A stretch of DNA of 64,000 bases from an uncultured delta proteobacterium (GTDB lineage Bacteria; Desulfobacterota; Desulfobacteria; Desulfobacterales; QNYZ01). Shown here in pieces: positions 40,030-50,474 of the stretch (position 1 is the stretch's first letter; each line of letters opens with the position of its first letter). The notes below the pieces were generated by a model. The model did not search any database and was not told where the DNA came from. It saw only the letters and a program-made list of their open reading frames with translations. The DNA lies in the NCBI GenBank assembly GCA_963845145.1, contig CAWJQU010000008.1, positions 384,001-448,000 on the forward strand, written 5' to 3'. Made by a program: the position numbers and the translations under genes.

Positions 40030-41478
40030 TTAGCGCTCCGTGTCGGATGGTGCGCCAAGTTTTTCCGACAGAAGGCGGGTTTTACGCTGCATGGCCATCT
40101 TGTTTCGATAAGCGGTACCTGCGACAACGATACGGTTTTTCTTTCCCTTGGTGGTAATTTCCACAAAGGCCTGCTGGTGTGACATGAAAAAGGTCACCAC
40201 ACAACCGGTGAGCATAAGAATAAAGCCGGCATACACGATCCAGACCCCGGGGTCTTTGGTCACTTCCAAGACCATGAAATATTTTTTTTCAGCTTGTGGC
40301 ACAGGCATTTTTTCTTCGGCTTTCGGTTCCAAAACGGTAAACAACAGTTTGCCACGACGCATTTTATCAAAATTGGCAAACCGGATGGGGAGGGTTATCT
40401 CCACCGGCTGGCCACCCTCCAGGGTTAAAATGCCGGTCAACGCCTCACCGATAGCCTGCCCCATGAAGGATGCCTTTGCATTAAATTCGGTTAAGACAAA
40501 CTTACCCAATCCTTCAGGTAGATCAAACGGCTTGCCGATAAAGGCCTTTTGCTGGTAGTCCATACCCGTTTCCAGAACCGTCATGTTTAAAAGCACTTCT
40601 TCCGGCTCCGCGATAACCGCCTGGGATACCGGTTCATCCTCAATTTCGCCCCAATTGGAAAGAAAAAAGTTGAAACCGCCATATCGTAAGGGATCATTGA
40701 CGATAATGGATTTTTGTAAGACCTCCCGATCATTCTCGATCGCCACCAGATTCGACCGAAACTCTTCGGGAGCGCCATTTCGATAAAACTTGACACTGTT
40801 AGCGTCGCAGCGGAGTTTAAACGGTAACGGGACGATCTCGCCCGTACTGCGCAACCGAATCGAATCTATGGTCTGCCCACCGGCAATTTGCGCAAATCCG
40901 TCAAACCCGAATAAAGAGCCCACCACGCCGCCGATCAGCAACAGGACGACGCTCAAATGAACAATATATACACCCAGCCGGGACCAGCGCCATTTTTCTC
41001 CGAAAATCATCACACCTTTGTTCGTCGGGGTGACCTGGGTACGGCCATAGGATCTTGAAACCAGCGCTTCGGCGGATTTCTGTATCTCCGGGAGGGGTTT
41101 GTCGGTCCAGAACTCGATATTTCCAGGTTTATTTTGAAATCGGGCCGCTCTGAATCGAGAACGAACGCCGAAAACGATTTTCCATACACCCGGCAACCGC
41201 TCAATAGAACAGATAACAATATTTAAGGTCAGAAGAATCAGCAACGTCTGAAACCACCAGGAATGGTACATATCGAAAATTTTCAGCGCCGAAAAAACCT
41301 TGAAAAAAAACTCGCCGTAAGCGCGGAAATAGACCTCGGCATTTTGGTTCTGGGGAACCAGTGTGCCGATGATTGACGAAGCCGCCAGAACGGAAAGCAG
41401 CGTTATCGTCAGGGTGACCGATGCAAACAGATTATATAACCCGCTCAATGGGCCGGCGGGGGATGATTCTTTGGCCAT
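40030..41478 (-). CDS. resB: Cytochrome c biogenesis protein ResB/Ccs1
   Basis: IIGTLVPQ, DMYHSWWF, VHLS, VNDPL, DPG. Confidence 0.9.
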   Translation of the reverse strand: MAKESSPAGPLSGLYNLFASVTLTITLLSVLAASSIIGTLVPQNQNAEVYFRAYGEFFFKVFSALKIFDMYHSWWFQTLLILLTLNIVICSIERLPGVWKIVFGVRSRFRAARFQNKPGNIEFWTDKPLPEIQKSAEALVSRSYGRTQVTPTNKGVMIFGEKWRWSRLGVYIVHLSVVLLLIGGVVGSLFGFDGFAQIAGGQTIDSIRLRSTGEIVPLPFKLRCDANSVKFYRNGAPEEFRSNLVAIENDREVLQKSIIVNDPLRYGGFNFFLSNWGEIEDEPVSQAVIAEPEEVLLNMTVLETGMDYQQKAFIGKPFDLPEGLGKFVLTEFNAKASFMGQAIGEALTGILTLEGGQPVEITLPIRFANFDKMRRGKLLFTVLEPKAEEKMPVPQAEKKYFMVLEVTKDPGVWIVYAGFILMLTGCVVTFFMSHQQAFVEITTKGKKNRIVVAGTAYRNKMAMQRKTRLLSEKLGAPSDTER

Positions 41479-41703
41479 TCAGTTTCCTTTCGGGGATTAA
41501 AAAAAAGAATGGTGAACATATCAAATCCCCGGCCGCTTGGCAATCGTCATCAAATGTCGAAACCAACGTAAATCTCGGAGACCAAAACCGGCGGTTGAAC
41601 CATCGATAGGATTGTGTTAATCCTCTTCCAGCCTTGTAAGATGGGCTCGGTCATTCACCTGCAACGGATTACGAAAAAGAAAAAACTGAGCTAACTTATT
41701 CAT

Positions 41704-42927
41704 ATGTTAAGTGATTTCGGAATTCTTATTGTCGGCTACGTGTTCGGGTTTTACATGGCCTGGAACATTGGCGCCAATGATGTGGCCAACTCCATGGCGT
41801 CGGCCGTGGGGGCCAAGGCGATTACCATTCGCCAGGCGGTTTTTATCGCCGGGATACTCAATATCGTCGGTGCCACGTTTATCGGGTCCCATGTGACCAA
41901 TACCATTCGCAAAGGGATTGTTTCCACAGATGTCCTTTCCGACCCCCATGCCGCCCTGATTGGTGCCTTGTCTGCATTGCTTGCCTCGGCGCTATGGGTT
42001 AGCTTTGCGACATTAAAATCGTTACCGGTTTCGACAACCCACTCCATTGTCGGCGCGATGATTGGCTTCGGTATTATGACGGGTGGTTTTTCCGTCATTA
42101 ATTGGGGCAAGTTGGGGGCCGTTGTGGCCAGCTGGGTGATTTCCCCTGTTTTCAGCTTGATCATCGCCTTTTTATTATTCAAGTTTATTGTCAAGGCCGT
42201 GCTTTCCAAAAAGGATCCATTTGAATGGGGCCTGGCCTTCTCGCCATTATTTATTGGTGCGGCCAGCTTTGTGGTGGTGCTTTCCTTTTTATTTAAGACG
42301 CCTCTGGGCAAGACGCTTGCCTTGGGGAGCATGGCGGCGTTGATGGTCGCCTTTATTGCGGCCGTCTGTTTGGGCTTTTTGGGAAAATGGTTGCTTAAGC
42401 GATTTTTATCCCATCATCGACCCGAAGTTGAGGAGATGTTCCGGCGCATCCAAATCGGCACCTCGTGTTACGTCGCCCTGGCCCAAGGGGCCAACGATGT
42501 CGCCAATGCCATCGGTCCGCTGGCCGTTATTTATTTTTTGGTCAAATCGGGTGAAGTGGGCGCCCAGGTGCCGGTGCCTATCTTTTTATTGCTCTTCGGC
42601 GGCGTCGGGATTGCCTGTGGCATCGCCATGGCCGGCCATCGGGTTATGAAAACCATCGGCACCAAAATAACGACCTTAAATAATTCGCGCGGTTTTGCCG
42701 TTGATTTCTCCGCCGCCACCACCGTATTGATCGCATCCAAGATGGGCCTGCCCGTCTCGACCACCCATGCCACGGTGGGTGGTGTGCTGGGCGTGGGTAT
42801 GGCCCGGGGGCTCGAAGCGGTCAACTTTCGCATTGTGTTTCAAATTATGATATACTGGATTCTTACCGTACCGGCGGCGGCATTGACCTGTATGGCGATC
42901 TATTCAATCTTACAATATATACTATAG
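41704..42927 (+). CDS. pit: Inorganic phosphate transporter (PiT family)
   Basis: Two GANDVAN motifs and two PVSTTH motifs. Confidence 0.95.
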   Translation: MLSDFGILIVGYVFGFYMAWNIGANDVANSMASAVGAKAITIRQAVFIAGILNIVGATFIGSHVTNTIRKGIVSTDVLSDPHAALIGALSALLASALWVSFATLKSLPVSTTHSIVGAMIGFGIMTGGFSVINWGKLGAVVASWVISPVFSLIIAFLLFKFIVKAVLSKKDPFEWGLAFSPLFIGAASFVVVLSFLFKTPLGKTLALGSMAALMVAFIAAVCLGFLGKWLLKRFLSHHRPEVEEMFRRIQIGTSCYVALAQGANDVANAIGPLAVIYFLVKSGEVGAQVPVPIFLLLFGGVGIACGIAMAGHRVMKTIGTKITTLNNSRGFAVDFSAATTVLIASKMGLPVSTTHATVGGVLGVGMARGLEAVNFRIVFQIMIYWILTVPAAALTCMAIYSILQYIL

Positions 42928-42937
42928 GGAGATAAAA

Positions 42938-43606
42938 ATGCGTTTACCCTTTTTATCCCTGTTCGTCACCTCACCTTTTGACGGATTGCAGGAACATGCC
43001 GAAAAAGTAGCCGAGTGCGCCCTCACTTTCCAGGAGGCCATGGAGTGCTATGGCGCCGAGAAATGCCATCGCTTTAGTGACTTAAGAGATGAAGTGAGTC
43101 AGTTGGAGAGCGATGCCGATGCCATTAAACGAAGAATCCGCGGCCACCTGCCCAAAGGCACCCTACTCCCGGTGGACAAGTTCCAACTATTTCGCTACCT
43201 GCGTGAACAGGATTCGGTGCTTGATACGGTGGAGGACGCTCTGGATTGGATTTCCTACCGTGAAGAGCCGGGAATCCCCGCGGAGCTGGAGAAAGACCTG
43301 CTTGTATTGGTCGATGCCGTGGTCAACCCCATCGAAGAGTTGAGTAAAATGGTGGCCGAAGCCCGCAAATATTTTAAAAATTACTCGGAAGAGCAGCGCA
43401 AGGTGGTTAAAGATATCATTACCACCCTTCGTCAGCAGGAACATGATGCCGACACGGCCGAAGATATCATTAAAAGGAAGGTGTTTGCGTTGGATACGGA
43501 CCCGATCACGGTTTTCCATACCGTCCGGCTGGTCGAAACCATCGGCGCTATTGCCGACCATGCCCAAAACGCCGGCGATATGATGCGCGCCATGGTGGCG
43601 AAATAG
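42938..43606 (+). CDS. DUF47/PhoU-like phosphate transport regulator
   Basis: ESDADAIK, QDSVLD, EHDAD, IADHA; directly after pit. Confidence 0.85.
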   Translation: MRLPFLSLFVTSPFDGLQEHAEKVAECALTFQEAMECYGAEKCHRFSDLRDEVSQLESDADAIKRRIRGHLPKGTLLPVDKFQLFRYLREQDSVLDTVEDALDWISYREEPGIPAELEKDLLVLVDAVVNPIEELSKMVAEARKYFKNYSEEQRKVVKDIITTLRQQEHDADTAEDIIKRKVFALDTDPITVFHTVRLVETIGAIADHAQNAGDMMRAMVAK

Positions 43607-43645
43607 ACTGAGCTCACATTTCCAAATGGTGGTGGCGCATGTTCC

Positions 43646-43864
43646 CTATTCCGAAAAAAATGCCCACCACATGTACCACCCAAACGCAGCCGCTGTAATC
43701 AGGCTGAACAGGTAGGACTTCCAGTTAAACGGACGCTTGGCGATCCCCAGTTTATCCGCCTCTTTTATACGGGCGCCACAAGAGAAACATTCCGTAGCAT
43801 CGAAGGCGACATAGGTCATGCATTCCGGACATTTTTTCGTTTCGATATTCCGTTTTCCGGCCAT
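43646..43864 (-). CDS. Small zinc-ribbon protein with C-terminal TM
   Basis: CPEC...CFSCG plus hydrophobic tail. Confidence 0.6.
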   Translation of the reverse strand: MAGKRNIETKKCPECMTYVAFDATECFSCGARIKEADKLGIAKRPFNWKSYLFSLITAAAFGWYMWWAFFSE

Positions 43865-43949
43865 ATCAGCTGCCTTAATTAATGGCTTCGTAATCCGCCT
43901 CTGCCGGACTGCGTTGCCACCCCTTTAAATGACTGTTTACGAAAATTCC

Positions 43950-45842
43950 TTAATTAAAAAATTCCATGTTCTTTGTAATCTTGCTATTGGCCTTTAAACG
44001 CGCCAAGAACGCATTGTAAAGGTTCATGGTTTTTTGGCTTTGCAACCGTTGAACAATCTCCTCTTTTTTGGCTTCGAATCCTTCGGGTTCGGGTGCTTTG
44101 CGCTCTTTTAACCGAATAAGGTAGTACCCCTTCTGACCTTTAACTGCTTTTTCGGTCAACGGGTTTGCTTCCGTCAATGCGAATGCGGCCTGGGATAGAT
44201 CGCGCTCGAAGCCGATATCGGGTATGGCCTCGCTGCGGTTAAACAAATCGGTCGTTTTTGAACTAAGCCCATGTTTTTTGGCCACGTCCACCCAGCCGTC
44301 CTTTTGGCTTAACTCACCCAATATTGTCTCGGCATCCGCTTTGGCCTTTTCATCCTGGCGCATTTTTTTCCAGTCGGCACTCACCTTGGCTTCTACCTCG
44401 GCCAAATCAGGGATCTTAGCCGGTTCTCTTTCCATCGGCTGAAGTACGTAGTAACTGTCCCCAATATCAATAATTTCGCTGATACTTGTCTCTTTTAATG
44501 CAAACGCCGCAGTGGCAAACTGGGTTCCACCGGCGCCGATCTCCTTAGGCCCCTGGCGGTCAAAAAAATCGGTGGATTGCACGGCTTGTTTTTTCTCGTC
44601 GGCAATCTGCTTAAGATCTTCATTTTCAAAAACACTGTCGTAAAAGATTTCGGCGGCATCATAAGCCAAAGCCCTGGCCTTTTCCCGGGAGAGGTTCTTT
44701 TTAATGCCTTCGGACGCCTCTGCAAGGGCTTTGCTGGTTTCAGGGTTGATCTTTTCCACTTTGATCAAGTGCCATCCGAAGCGCGTCCGCACCGGCTCAC
44801 TGATATCACCGGCCGCCATTGAAAAAGCTTTCTCTGAAAACGGCGCCACCATGTCTTCCTTTTTAAATGCGCCCAATAAACCGCCCCGCTCCTTGCTAGG
44901 CCCCTCGGAATGGGTTTTGGCCAGCTCGGCAAAATCCTCGCCGTCGCGGGCTTTTTTAAGCACATCCAGAATTTTCTGCCGGGCCGCTTCCACAGTGGCC
45001 TCATCGGCGTCATTGGCAACGTTAACCAGGATATGCCGGGCCTCAACGGTTTTAGGGGTTTTGAATTCCTCGGTGTGGGTGTCAAAGTAGTCCCGGATTT
45101 CGTCTTCCAGGACATCCACCTGATCCATATAGTCTTTGGGGATAAACCGCACATAACGAACTTTTATTTTCGGTTCGGTTTTGTACCCTTCTTTTCGTTC
45201 TTCATAAAAAGGCTTCAAATCTTCCGACGTCGGTGTAATGTCTGTGTATTTTTCGGGCGCCACCAAAAGGTAATCGATCGACACGCGGGCATCCTGGTAT
45301 TCATAAGTTTTACGGGCTTCCAGATCGGATACCTTGACATTACCGGCCACGAACGCGCGTAATTTCTCAATAATGATCGTTTCACGCTGATCCTGCTCAA
45401 ACCCTTCCGGGCTCATGCGCAAACTGTTTAAAATCCGCTGGTAAAGGTCATTATCGAACCGCCCCTCCCGCTGAAAAGCCGGAATACTTTGAATCGTATC
45501 GACCAATTCTTCCTCAGAGATTCTAAACCCGAGACGATTCGCTTCGGCCAGCATCAGGCGTCGATTAACGATTCCGTCCAATGCCTGTTCTTTCACCTGA
45601 AACATCTGAATCATCTCATCGGTCACGTCATTGCCGATCTGCTGCTTCAATCGGTCCAACATATTGTTATAAGCCCGATTGTATTCGTCATAGGTAATCG
45701 GCATTCCGTCCACCTGAGCCACCACCGCTCCCTGCCGGTCCTGAAAACTCCCCACGCCCCAAAACATAAAAACAACCACAATGAGGGCCAGAAGCACCTT
45801 GATCATCCATGAACCGGCCTTTTTACGCATTAAATTGAGCAT
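43950..45842 (-). CDS. ppiD: Peptidyl-prolyl isomerase, PpiD/SurA-N family
   Basis: N-terminal TM; ARHIL, FAELAKTHS, GGLLG, TRFGWHLI parvulin domain. Confidence 0.9.
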   Translation of the reverse strand: MLNLMRKKAGSWMIKVLLALIVVVFMFWGVGSFQDRQGAVVAQVDGMPITYDEYNRAYNNMLDRLKQQIGNDVTDEMIQMFQVKEQALDGIVNRRLMLAEANRLGFRISEEELVDTIQSIPAFQREGRFDNDLYQRILNSLRMSPEGFEQDQRETIIIEKLRAFVAGNVKVSDLEARKTYEYQDARVSIDYLLVAPEKYTDITPTSEDLKPFYEERKEGYKTEPKIKVRYVRFIPKDYMDQVDVLEDEIRDYFDTHTEEFKTPKTVEARHILVNVANDADEATVEAARQKILDVLKKARDGEDFAELAKTHSEGPSKERGGLLGAFKKEDMVAPFSEKAFSMAAGDISEPVRTRFGWHLIKVEKINPETSKALAEASEGIKKNLSREKARALAYDAAEIFYDSVFENEDLKQIADEKKQAVQSTDFFDRQGPKEIGAGGTQFATAAFALKETSISEIIDIGDSYYVLQPMEREPAKIPDLAEVEAKVSADWKKMRQDEKAKADAETILGELSQKDGWVDVAKKHGLSSKTTDLFNRSEAIPDIGFERDLSQAAFALTEANPLTEKAVKGQKGYYLIRLKERKAPEPEGFEAKKEEIVQRLQSQKTMNLYNAFLARLKANSKITKNMEFFN

Positions 45843-46082
45843 CGATCCCCTTCCCGTATGTGTCTGACCCTATCCAAGCAACCGTATTATCTTTTCAAAC
45901 TGTTGAAAATATTTTAGGTTACTGTTTTTGTCAACAACCGATCCAATATATTACCGGATAATGGATAGAAATATATATGGTGGGCTCCTGCGGGCCGGAT
46001 AAAACGGGCGCTTTGCCAGCAAACGGATCATCTTTACGAGGCAACTTGTTAATGCATTTAAAAATTTGGGTGGAATGATTCG

Positions 46083-46478
46083 ATGGAAAATGAGAAACGA
46101 ACCGTAAAAATTGAAAAACTGGATGGGTTTACCGATGACCGTGGGGTGGTGTTTAACCCGATCGAAATATCCACCTTAATAAATCAAAAAAATATGCACG
46201 TCGTGTCCAGTGTGCCTGGTGCGATTCGTGGCAATCACTACCACCCCAAAGGCACCGAAACCCTGGTCATCCTGGGCCCGGCCAGGGTCCGGGTTCGGGA
46301 ACAAAACGCCCTGCGCGATATCGACATTCCGGATAGGTCCGTTTATCGCCTGACCATTCCGCCGGGAATATCCCACGCCGTCACCCACACCGGAACCGAA
46401 AAAGGTATTCTGGTATCGTTTAGTACCATCGCTTACGATCCTGCCGATCCGGACGTGGTTCAGGATTTGTTATTTTAA
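46083..46478 (+). CDS. Cupin-fold protein (sugar isomerase-like)
   Basis: DDRG, IRGNHYH...E, IPPGISH. Confidence 0.7.
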   Translation: MENEKRTVKIEKLDGFTDDRGVVFNPIEISTLINQKNMHVVSSVPGAIRGNHYHPKGTETLVILGPARVRVREQNALRDIDIPDRSVYRLTIPPGISHAVTHTGTEKGILVSFSTIAYDPADPDVVQDLLF

Positions 46479-46489
46479 ATCCGCCGGCT

Positions 46490-46775
46490 TTAAGATAATG
46501 TATCCAGCGGAGAGACCGTGTTTTCCAAGCTGCTGTCCATCACATGGGTATAGATCTCGGTGGTTTTGACATCCGCATGGCCCATCAGTTTCTGCACCAC
46601 GCGGATATTGACGCCGTTTTCCAATAGATGGGTGGCCCTCCAAAGGCGGGTAAACTACGCCGTGACGTAGCGTATGGCAACCGGCTTTTTTATAAATTTT
46701 TGCCTGGGTCAATGCCCGTTTGACTGCCTTTTGAAGGCCCGATTCCTGAACATGGTGCCGTCTGATCTTGCCTGA
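46490..46775 (-). pseudogene. intI: Integron integrase C-terminal remnant, frameshifted
   Basis: IntI-specific patch RRHHVQESGLQKAVK; HTLRH; a 25-nt segment at 46637-46661 shifts the frame; then ATHLLENG...[16 protein letters not shown]...SPLD. Confidence 0.85.
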
Positions 46776-46883
46776 TCAAGGTTAAAGTAAGTAAAACCAG
46801 GAAAGTAAATATAAAATTACAATACGTTACGTTGTTTGGTCTGATTTGATACTGTAAACTGATTGTTCTGATCTCTATTCCTG

Positions 46884-47861
46884 ATGATGAGGTATTGCGT
46901 GCACTGCGGTCAAAGCCTTCTTGCTGAGCAAAATGACGTGGCTGATGTCTTCCGACCATACGGGGCTGTATATCGGGACCAGCATAAACTGACCCTAACG
47001 CAATACCGGGTGATGAGCGCTATTGAAAGCTGCCGCACTCCGGCTTTCGGCTATCACCTAGATCAATGCAATGATTGCGGCCATATCGAAAAAATATTTG
47101 TTTTACATACCTGGGGACAAACCCTTTGGCCCCATCCTCACATTCATTTTATCGTTCCCGGTGGCGCCCTGACCAAAGACAACCAATGGGTTGAGCCACT
47201 GTTTAGAGATCGCTTTTTATTTCCAGTACGCGCCCTTTCTAAGGTGTTTCGGGGAAAATTCATCGAAGGCTTGAAGAGCGCGTATCAAAAGGGTGATCTG
47301 AAATTTCCAACCGAAGATATTAATTTGACTTGTCCCAAGGAGTTTGATCGATGGCTCGATGGCCTGGTTTCCAAAAAATGGGTGCTCTATTGCAAGCGGC
47401 CATTTAAAGATGCCCGACAGGTCCTTCGCTATATCGGCCGATATACCCACCGAGTGGCTATCAGCAATAACCGTATATTTAAAACAAATATCGGTGTGGT
47501 CGGATTTCAGTATAAAGACTATAAGTCGTTTAAAAGCGGGTCGAGCTTGAGGAAAACCATGGTGTTGACGGCAACCGAGTTTGTCCGCCGTTTTTTATGG
47601 CATATGCTTCCATCGGGATTTTATAAGATTCGACATTACGGATTCCTGGCCAATGGTTGTCGAATAGCCGTTATCCGTCGCATTAAATCGCTTTTGAACG
47701 CTAACGAAGAGGTTATTGAAGAAAAGAGCATCTATCAGCAGTTGTGTTCAAAATGCAAAACGGGAGTTTTAAGCACCGTATGTACACTATTACGTGTTAA
47801 AGACCGATTTAAGCTGATCGGTCGTATACCCAAAATCCAGTTTCAATTTGACAGTTCATAG
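46884..47861 (+). mobile_element. IS91-family (Y2, rolling-circle) transposase, probably internally deleted
   Basis: CRT...CNDCG; HTWG, HPHIH (HUH), YIGRY, RHYG. The usual SCxxRxCPxC and FTLP block between CG and HTWG is absent. Confidence 0.8.
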
Positions 47862-47935
47862 GATGATAAATCAGGATGACTCAAAACCAGTGTACTTTAC
47901 ACCCTATATAATGGGTCAAATGATAAAACGTAAAA

Positions 47936-48065
47936 CTTGAACCAGCCGTTCAAGCGGACAAACTGGCTACCGAGACATATCGTTCTTGCATGGCTGGCAT
48001 GGACAAAAAATACTTACATGTCTTATTTTTTTTAACCCGTTTGCCGCTTAACTCAATCGTTAGCT
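47936..48065 (+). other. attC site 1
   Basis: GAAC-CAGCCG-TTCAAGCGGACAAAC ... GTTTGCCGCTTAA-CTCAATC-GTTAGCT; L boxes pair and R' starts GTT. Confidence 0.7.
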
Positions 48066-48073
48066 ATCAAAAA

Positions 48074-48628
48074 ATGATTGAATTTCAAAGTAAAAGATTA
48101 ATAATTCGAGATCATGTAATGTCTGATCTTGAAGAAATGCATGAGTGGATATCGAATTCTGAAACAATGAGATTCATAAGTTGGAAGACGAATTCTATTC
48201 AAGAAACGTCTAAGCAGCTTCGAGAAAGTATTCAAGCCATAGCTCATGCTAAAAGAAAAATATTTAATTTTGCTATAGTTCTGAAAGACCAAAAAAGAAT
48301 TATTGGAGATGTTGGTTTTACTATTCTAAATCAAATTAATAGTAGTGGAATTGCTGATTGTGGCTATTTTCTTAACAAAAACTTTTGGGGCAATGGATAC
48401 GCTACAGAAGCATATCAAACCATGATTGAATATGTGTTTACTGAATTAAATTTACACAAATTAACAGCAGGTTGCATTATTTGTAATGAAGCTTCTCAAA
48501 ACGTGATGAGGAAATGTAATATGATTCAAGAAGCTAAATTAAAACAGCATCAATATTATAATGGTAAATGGTATGATCGTTTACTTTATGGACTACTTAA
48601 AAAAGATTGGGACAAATTAATCAAGTAA
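48074..48628 (+). CDS. GNAT N-acetyltransferase (RimJ/RimL-like), integron cassette
   Basis: WGNGYATEA, NEASQNVMRKC; AT-rich; ATG 8 nt after R'. Confidence 0.88.
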   Translation: MIEFQSKRLIIRDHVMSDLEEMHEWISNSETMRFISWKTNSIQETSKQLRESIQAIAHAKRKIFNFAIVLKDQKRIIGDVGFTILNQINSSGIADCGYFLNKNFWGNGYATEAYQTMIEYVFTELNLHKLTAGCIICNEASQNVMRKCNMIQEAKLKQHQYYNGKWYDRLLYGLLKKDWDKLIK

Positions 48629-48631
48629 ATT

Positions 48632-48695
48632 AGATAACATATGTGTTCAGTGGAATTTTCGCTGCGCTCAAAATCCACTGACACCAGCGTTATGC
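48632..48695 (+). other. attC site 2
   Basis: AGATAAC...TCAGTGGA...TCCACTGA...GTTATGC; 64 bp. Confidence 0.85.
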
Positions 48696-48710
48696 TATCA
48701 AGGAACAGAA

Positions 48711-49904
48711 ATGAATAAAAAAGAATTACTTCAAATTGCAGATACAACACTGCTCAAGGTAACAGAAAGGCCAGGAATCGTAATGCACAGGGGGGAAGGC
48801 CTGCATCTTTTTGACACCGAGGGTAATCAGTATTTAGATTTCATCGGCGGTTGGGCGGTAAACTGTTTAGGCCACTGCCCCAAAGCAATTTCTGATGTTC
48901 TTGCTGAACAGCCCCGCCGCCTGATTAACGCCAGTCCTTCTTTTTACAATTTACCCATGCTGGAATATGCGGATTTATTGATTCAAAACTGTTGTTTTGA
49001 GCGTGTTTTTTTTACATCTACCGGCGCAGAGGCAAATGAAGGAGCAATAAAGCTGGCCAGAAAATACGGTGCTAAACACAAGGGCGGTGCTGCTGAAATT
49101 ATCACCACTCATCACGGATTTCATGGCAGAACGCTCACGACCATGTCGGCAACGGGAAAAACACAATGGGATGATTTATTTGAGCCGAAAACTAAAGGCT
49201 TTGTGAAAACGATTTTTAATAATTTCGAGTCCGCCAAAAAATCGGTAACTGAAAAAACTTGCGCAATCATGATTGAACCAATCCAGGGCGAAGGAGGTGT
49301 GAACGTTTCCACTGCCGATTATGTAAAAAACCTACGTGATCTATGCAGCCAGGAAAACATTCTTCTCATATTTGATGAAATACAGACTGGAATGGGAAGA
49401 ACCGGGAAGTTGTTTTGCTATGAGCATTATGGCATCGAACCGGACATCATGACGCTTGGGAAGGGAATCGGAGGCGGTTTCCCGCTATCAGCACTGCTCG
49501 CCAAAGAGTACCTGAATATTTTTGAGCCCGGTGATCAAGGCGGAACTTATACGGCTCAACCACTGGCCATGTCAGTCGGCCTGGCAGTCCTAAAAGAGTT
49601 GATAGGCCAAGGGGTGGTTGCTCACTGCGAAAAAATGGGCGGCATCATCATGCGGAGACTGCTGAAATTATCCGAAACCTTTGAAATTGAGAATATCAGG
49701 GGAAAAGGGTTATTGATCGCATTTGATTTAATGGAAACAAAAGGGTCTGACTTGGTAAACAAATGCCTCAATGAAAAGCTTCTGATTAATTCACCAAAAG
49801 AAAGGGCAATTCGGCTCATGCCACCGCTCGTGGTGAATGAGAACGAAATTGAGGAAATGTTGATGATTCTAAAAAACAATCTTGCCGAGAAAAAAATGGC
49901 ATAA
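48711..49904 (+). CDS. argD: Acetylornithine aminotransferase-like (class III PLP), integron cassette
   Basis: AVNCLGH, GAEANEGAIKLAR, FHGRT, EPIQGEGG, DEIQTG, PLP Lys in LGKG; stop codon lies inside the R'' box GCATAAC. Confidence 0.88.
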   Translation: MNKKELLQIADTTLLKVTERPGIVMHRGEGLHLFDTEGNQYLDFIGGWAVNCLGHCPKAISDVLAEQPRRLINASPSFYNLPMLEYADLLIQNCCFERVFFTSTGAEANEGAIKLARKYGAKHKGGAAEIITTHHGFHGRTLTTMSATGKTQWDDLFEPKTKGFVKTIFNNFESAKKSVTEKTCAIMIEPIQGEGGVNVSTADYVKNLRDLCSQENILLIFDEIQTGMGRTGKLFCYEHYGIEPDIMTLGKGIGGGFPLSALLAKEYLNIFEPGDQGGTYTAQPLAMSVGLAVLKELIGQGVVAHCEKMGGIIMRRLLKLSETFEIENIRGKGLLIAFDLMETKGSDLVNKCLNEKLLINSPKERAIRLMPPLVVNENEIEEMLMILKNNLAEKKMA

Positions 49905-49961
49905 CCATGCTGCTGCAAGGGACGCGCAAAAAGCCGCGCGCCCCTGAGCAGCCCGTTCTGT
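49899..49961 (+). other. attC site 3
   Basis: GCATAAC (exact complement of the upstream R' GTTATGC)...AGGGACGCGC / GCGCGCCCCT...GTTCTGT; 63 bp. Confidence 0.85.
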
Positions 49962-49965
49962 TTTA

Positions 49966-50100
49966 AAAATATATGTTCTGGAAATTGAAAACTATGCCTT
50001 TATCGTACCCTTTGTAGAAAATGATAAAGAAATATTTCTCAAAACAGCCTTTCCAAACCGTAAATAAACAAAAAAATACGGTTTAAAGGGGGAACGATGA
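49966..50100 (+). pseudogene. BrnT-like toxin C-terminal remnant
   Basis: IYVLEIENYAFIVPFVENDKEIFLKTAFPNRK*TKKY; no 5' half; TAA at 50065; natural TGA overlaps the antitoxin ATG. Confidence 0.7.
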
Positions 50101-50393
50101 AAAAAATAAATAAAAAAGCATTTAAACCAATTGATCAGGAAGAAAAAGATCTGATGGAATCAATTGAGAGAGATGAGTGGGAACCTGTTAAAAAACTTGA
50201 TCAGGAAAAAGAAAAGGCAGTCTCAGCTGCTCGAAATACCTTAAAAAAAGATAAACGCATAAACCTTCGGCTTACTCAAAAGGATTATCATCAGATTCAA
50301 ATAAAAGCGATTGAAGAAGGTATACCATATCAAACACTTATCTCTATTCTTGTACACAAGTACCTGAATGGTTCATTATCTCCTAAATTATAA
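50097..50393 (+). CDS. CopG/BrnA-like antitoxin
   Basis: KKDKRINLRL...KAIEEGIPYQTLISILVHKY. Confidence 0.85.
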   Translation: MKKINKKAFKPIDQEEKDLMESIERDEWEPVKKLDQEKEKAVSAARNTLKKDKRINLRLTQKDYHQIQIKAIEEGIPYQTLISILVHKYLNGSLSPKL

Positions 50394-50474
50394 AAACACA
50401 GAATAATTGGCGTCACAATCTTACGAAGGGCTGGAGCGAAGTGTGATTACGCCCATCACCATCTTGGAAAATCC

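Noticed and set aside
45960..46060. Possible riboswitch or ncRNA in the ppiD-cupin spacer
   Set aside because: GC-rich patch without a recognisable conserved aptamer.
46776..47942. Exact oriIS/terIS ends of the IS91 element and an attI site
   Set aside because: CAAG at 46777 and GAAC at 47939 resemble IS91 target tetramers but are too short to support boundaries; no convincing attI.
47990..48073. N-terminal extension of the GNAT ORF
   Set aside because: It runs through attC1; the cassette start is the ATG at 48074.
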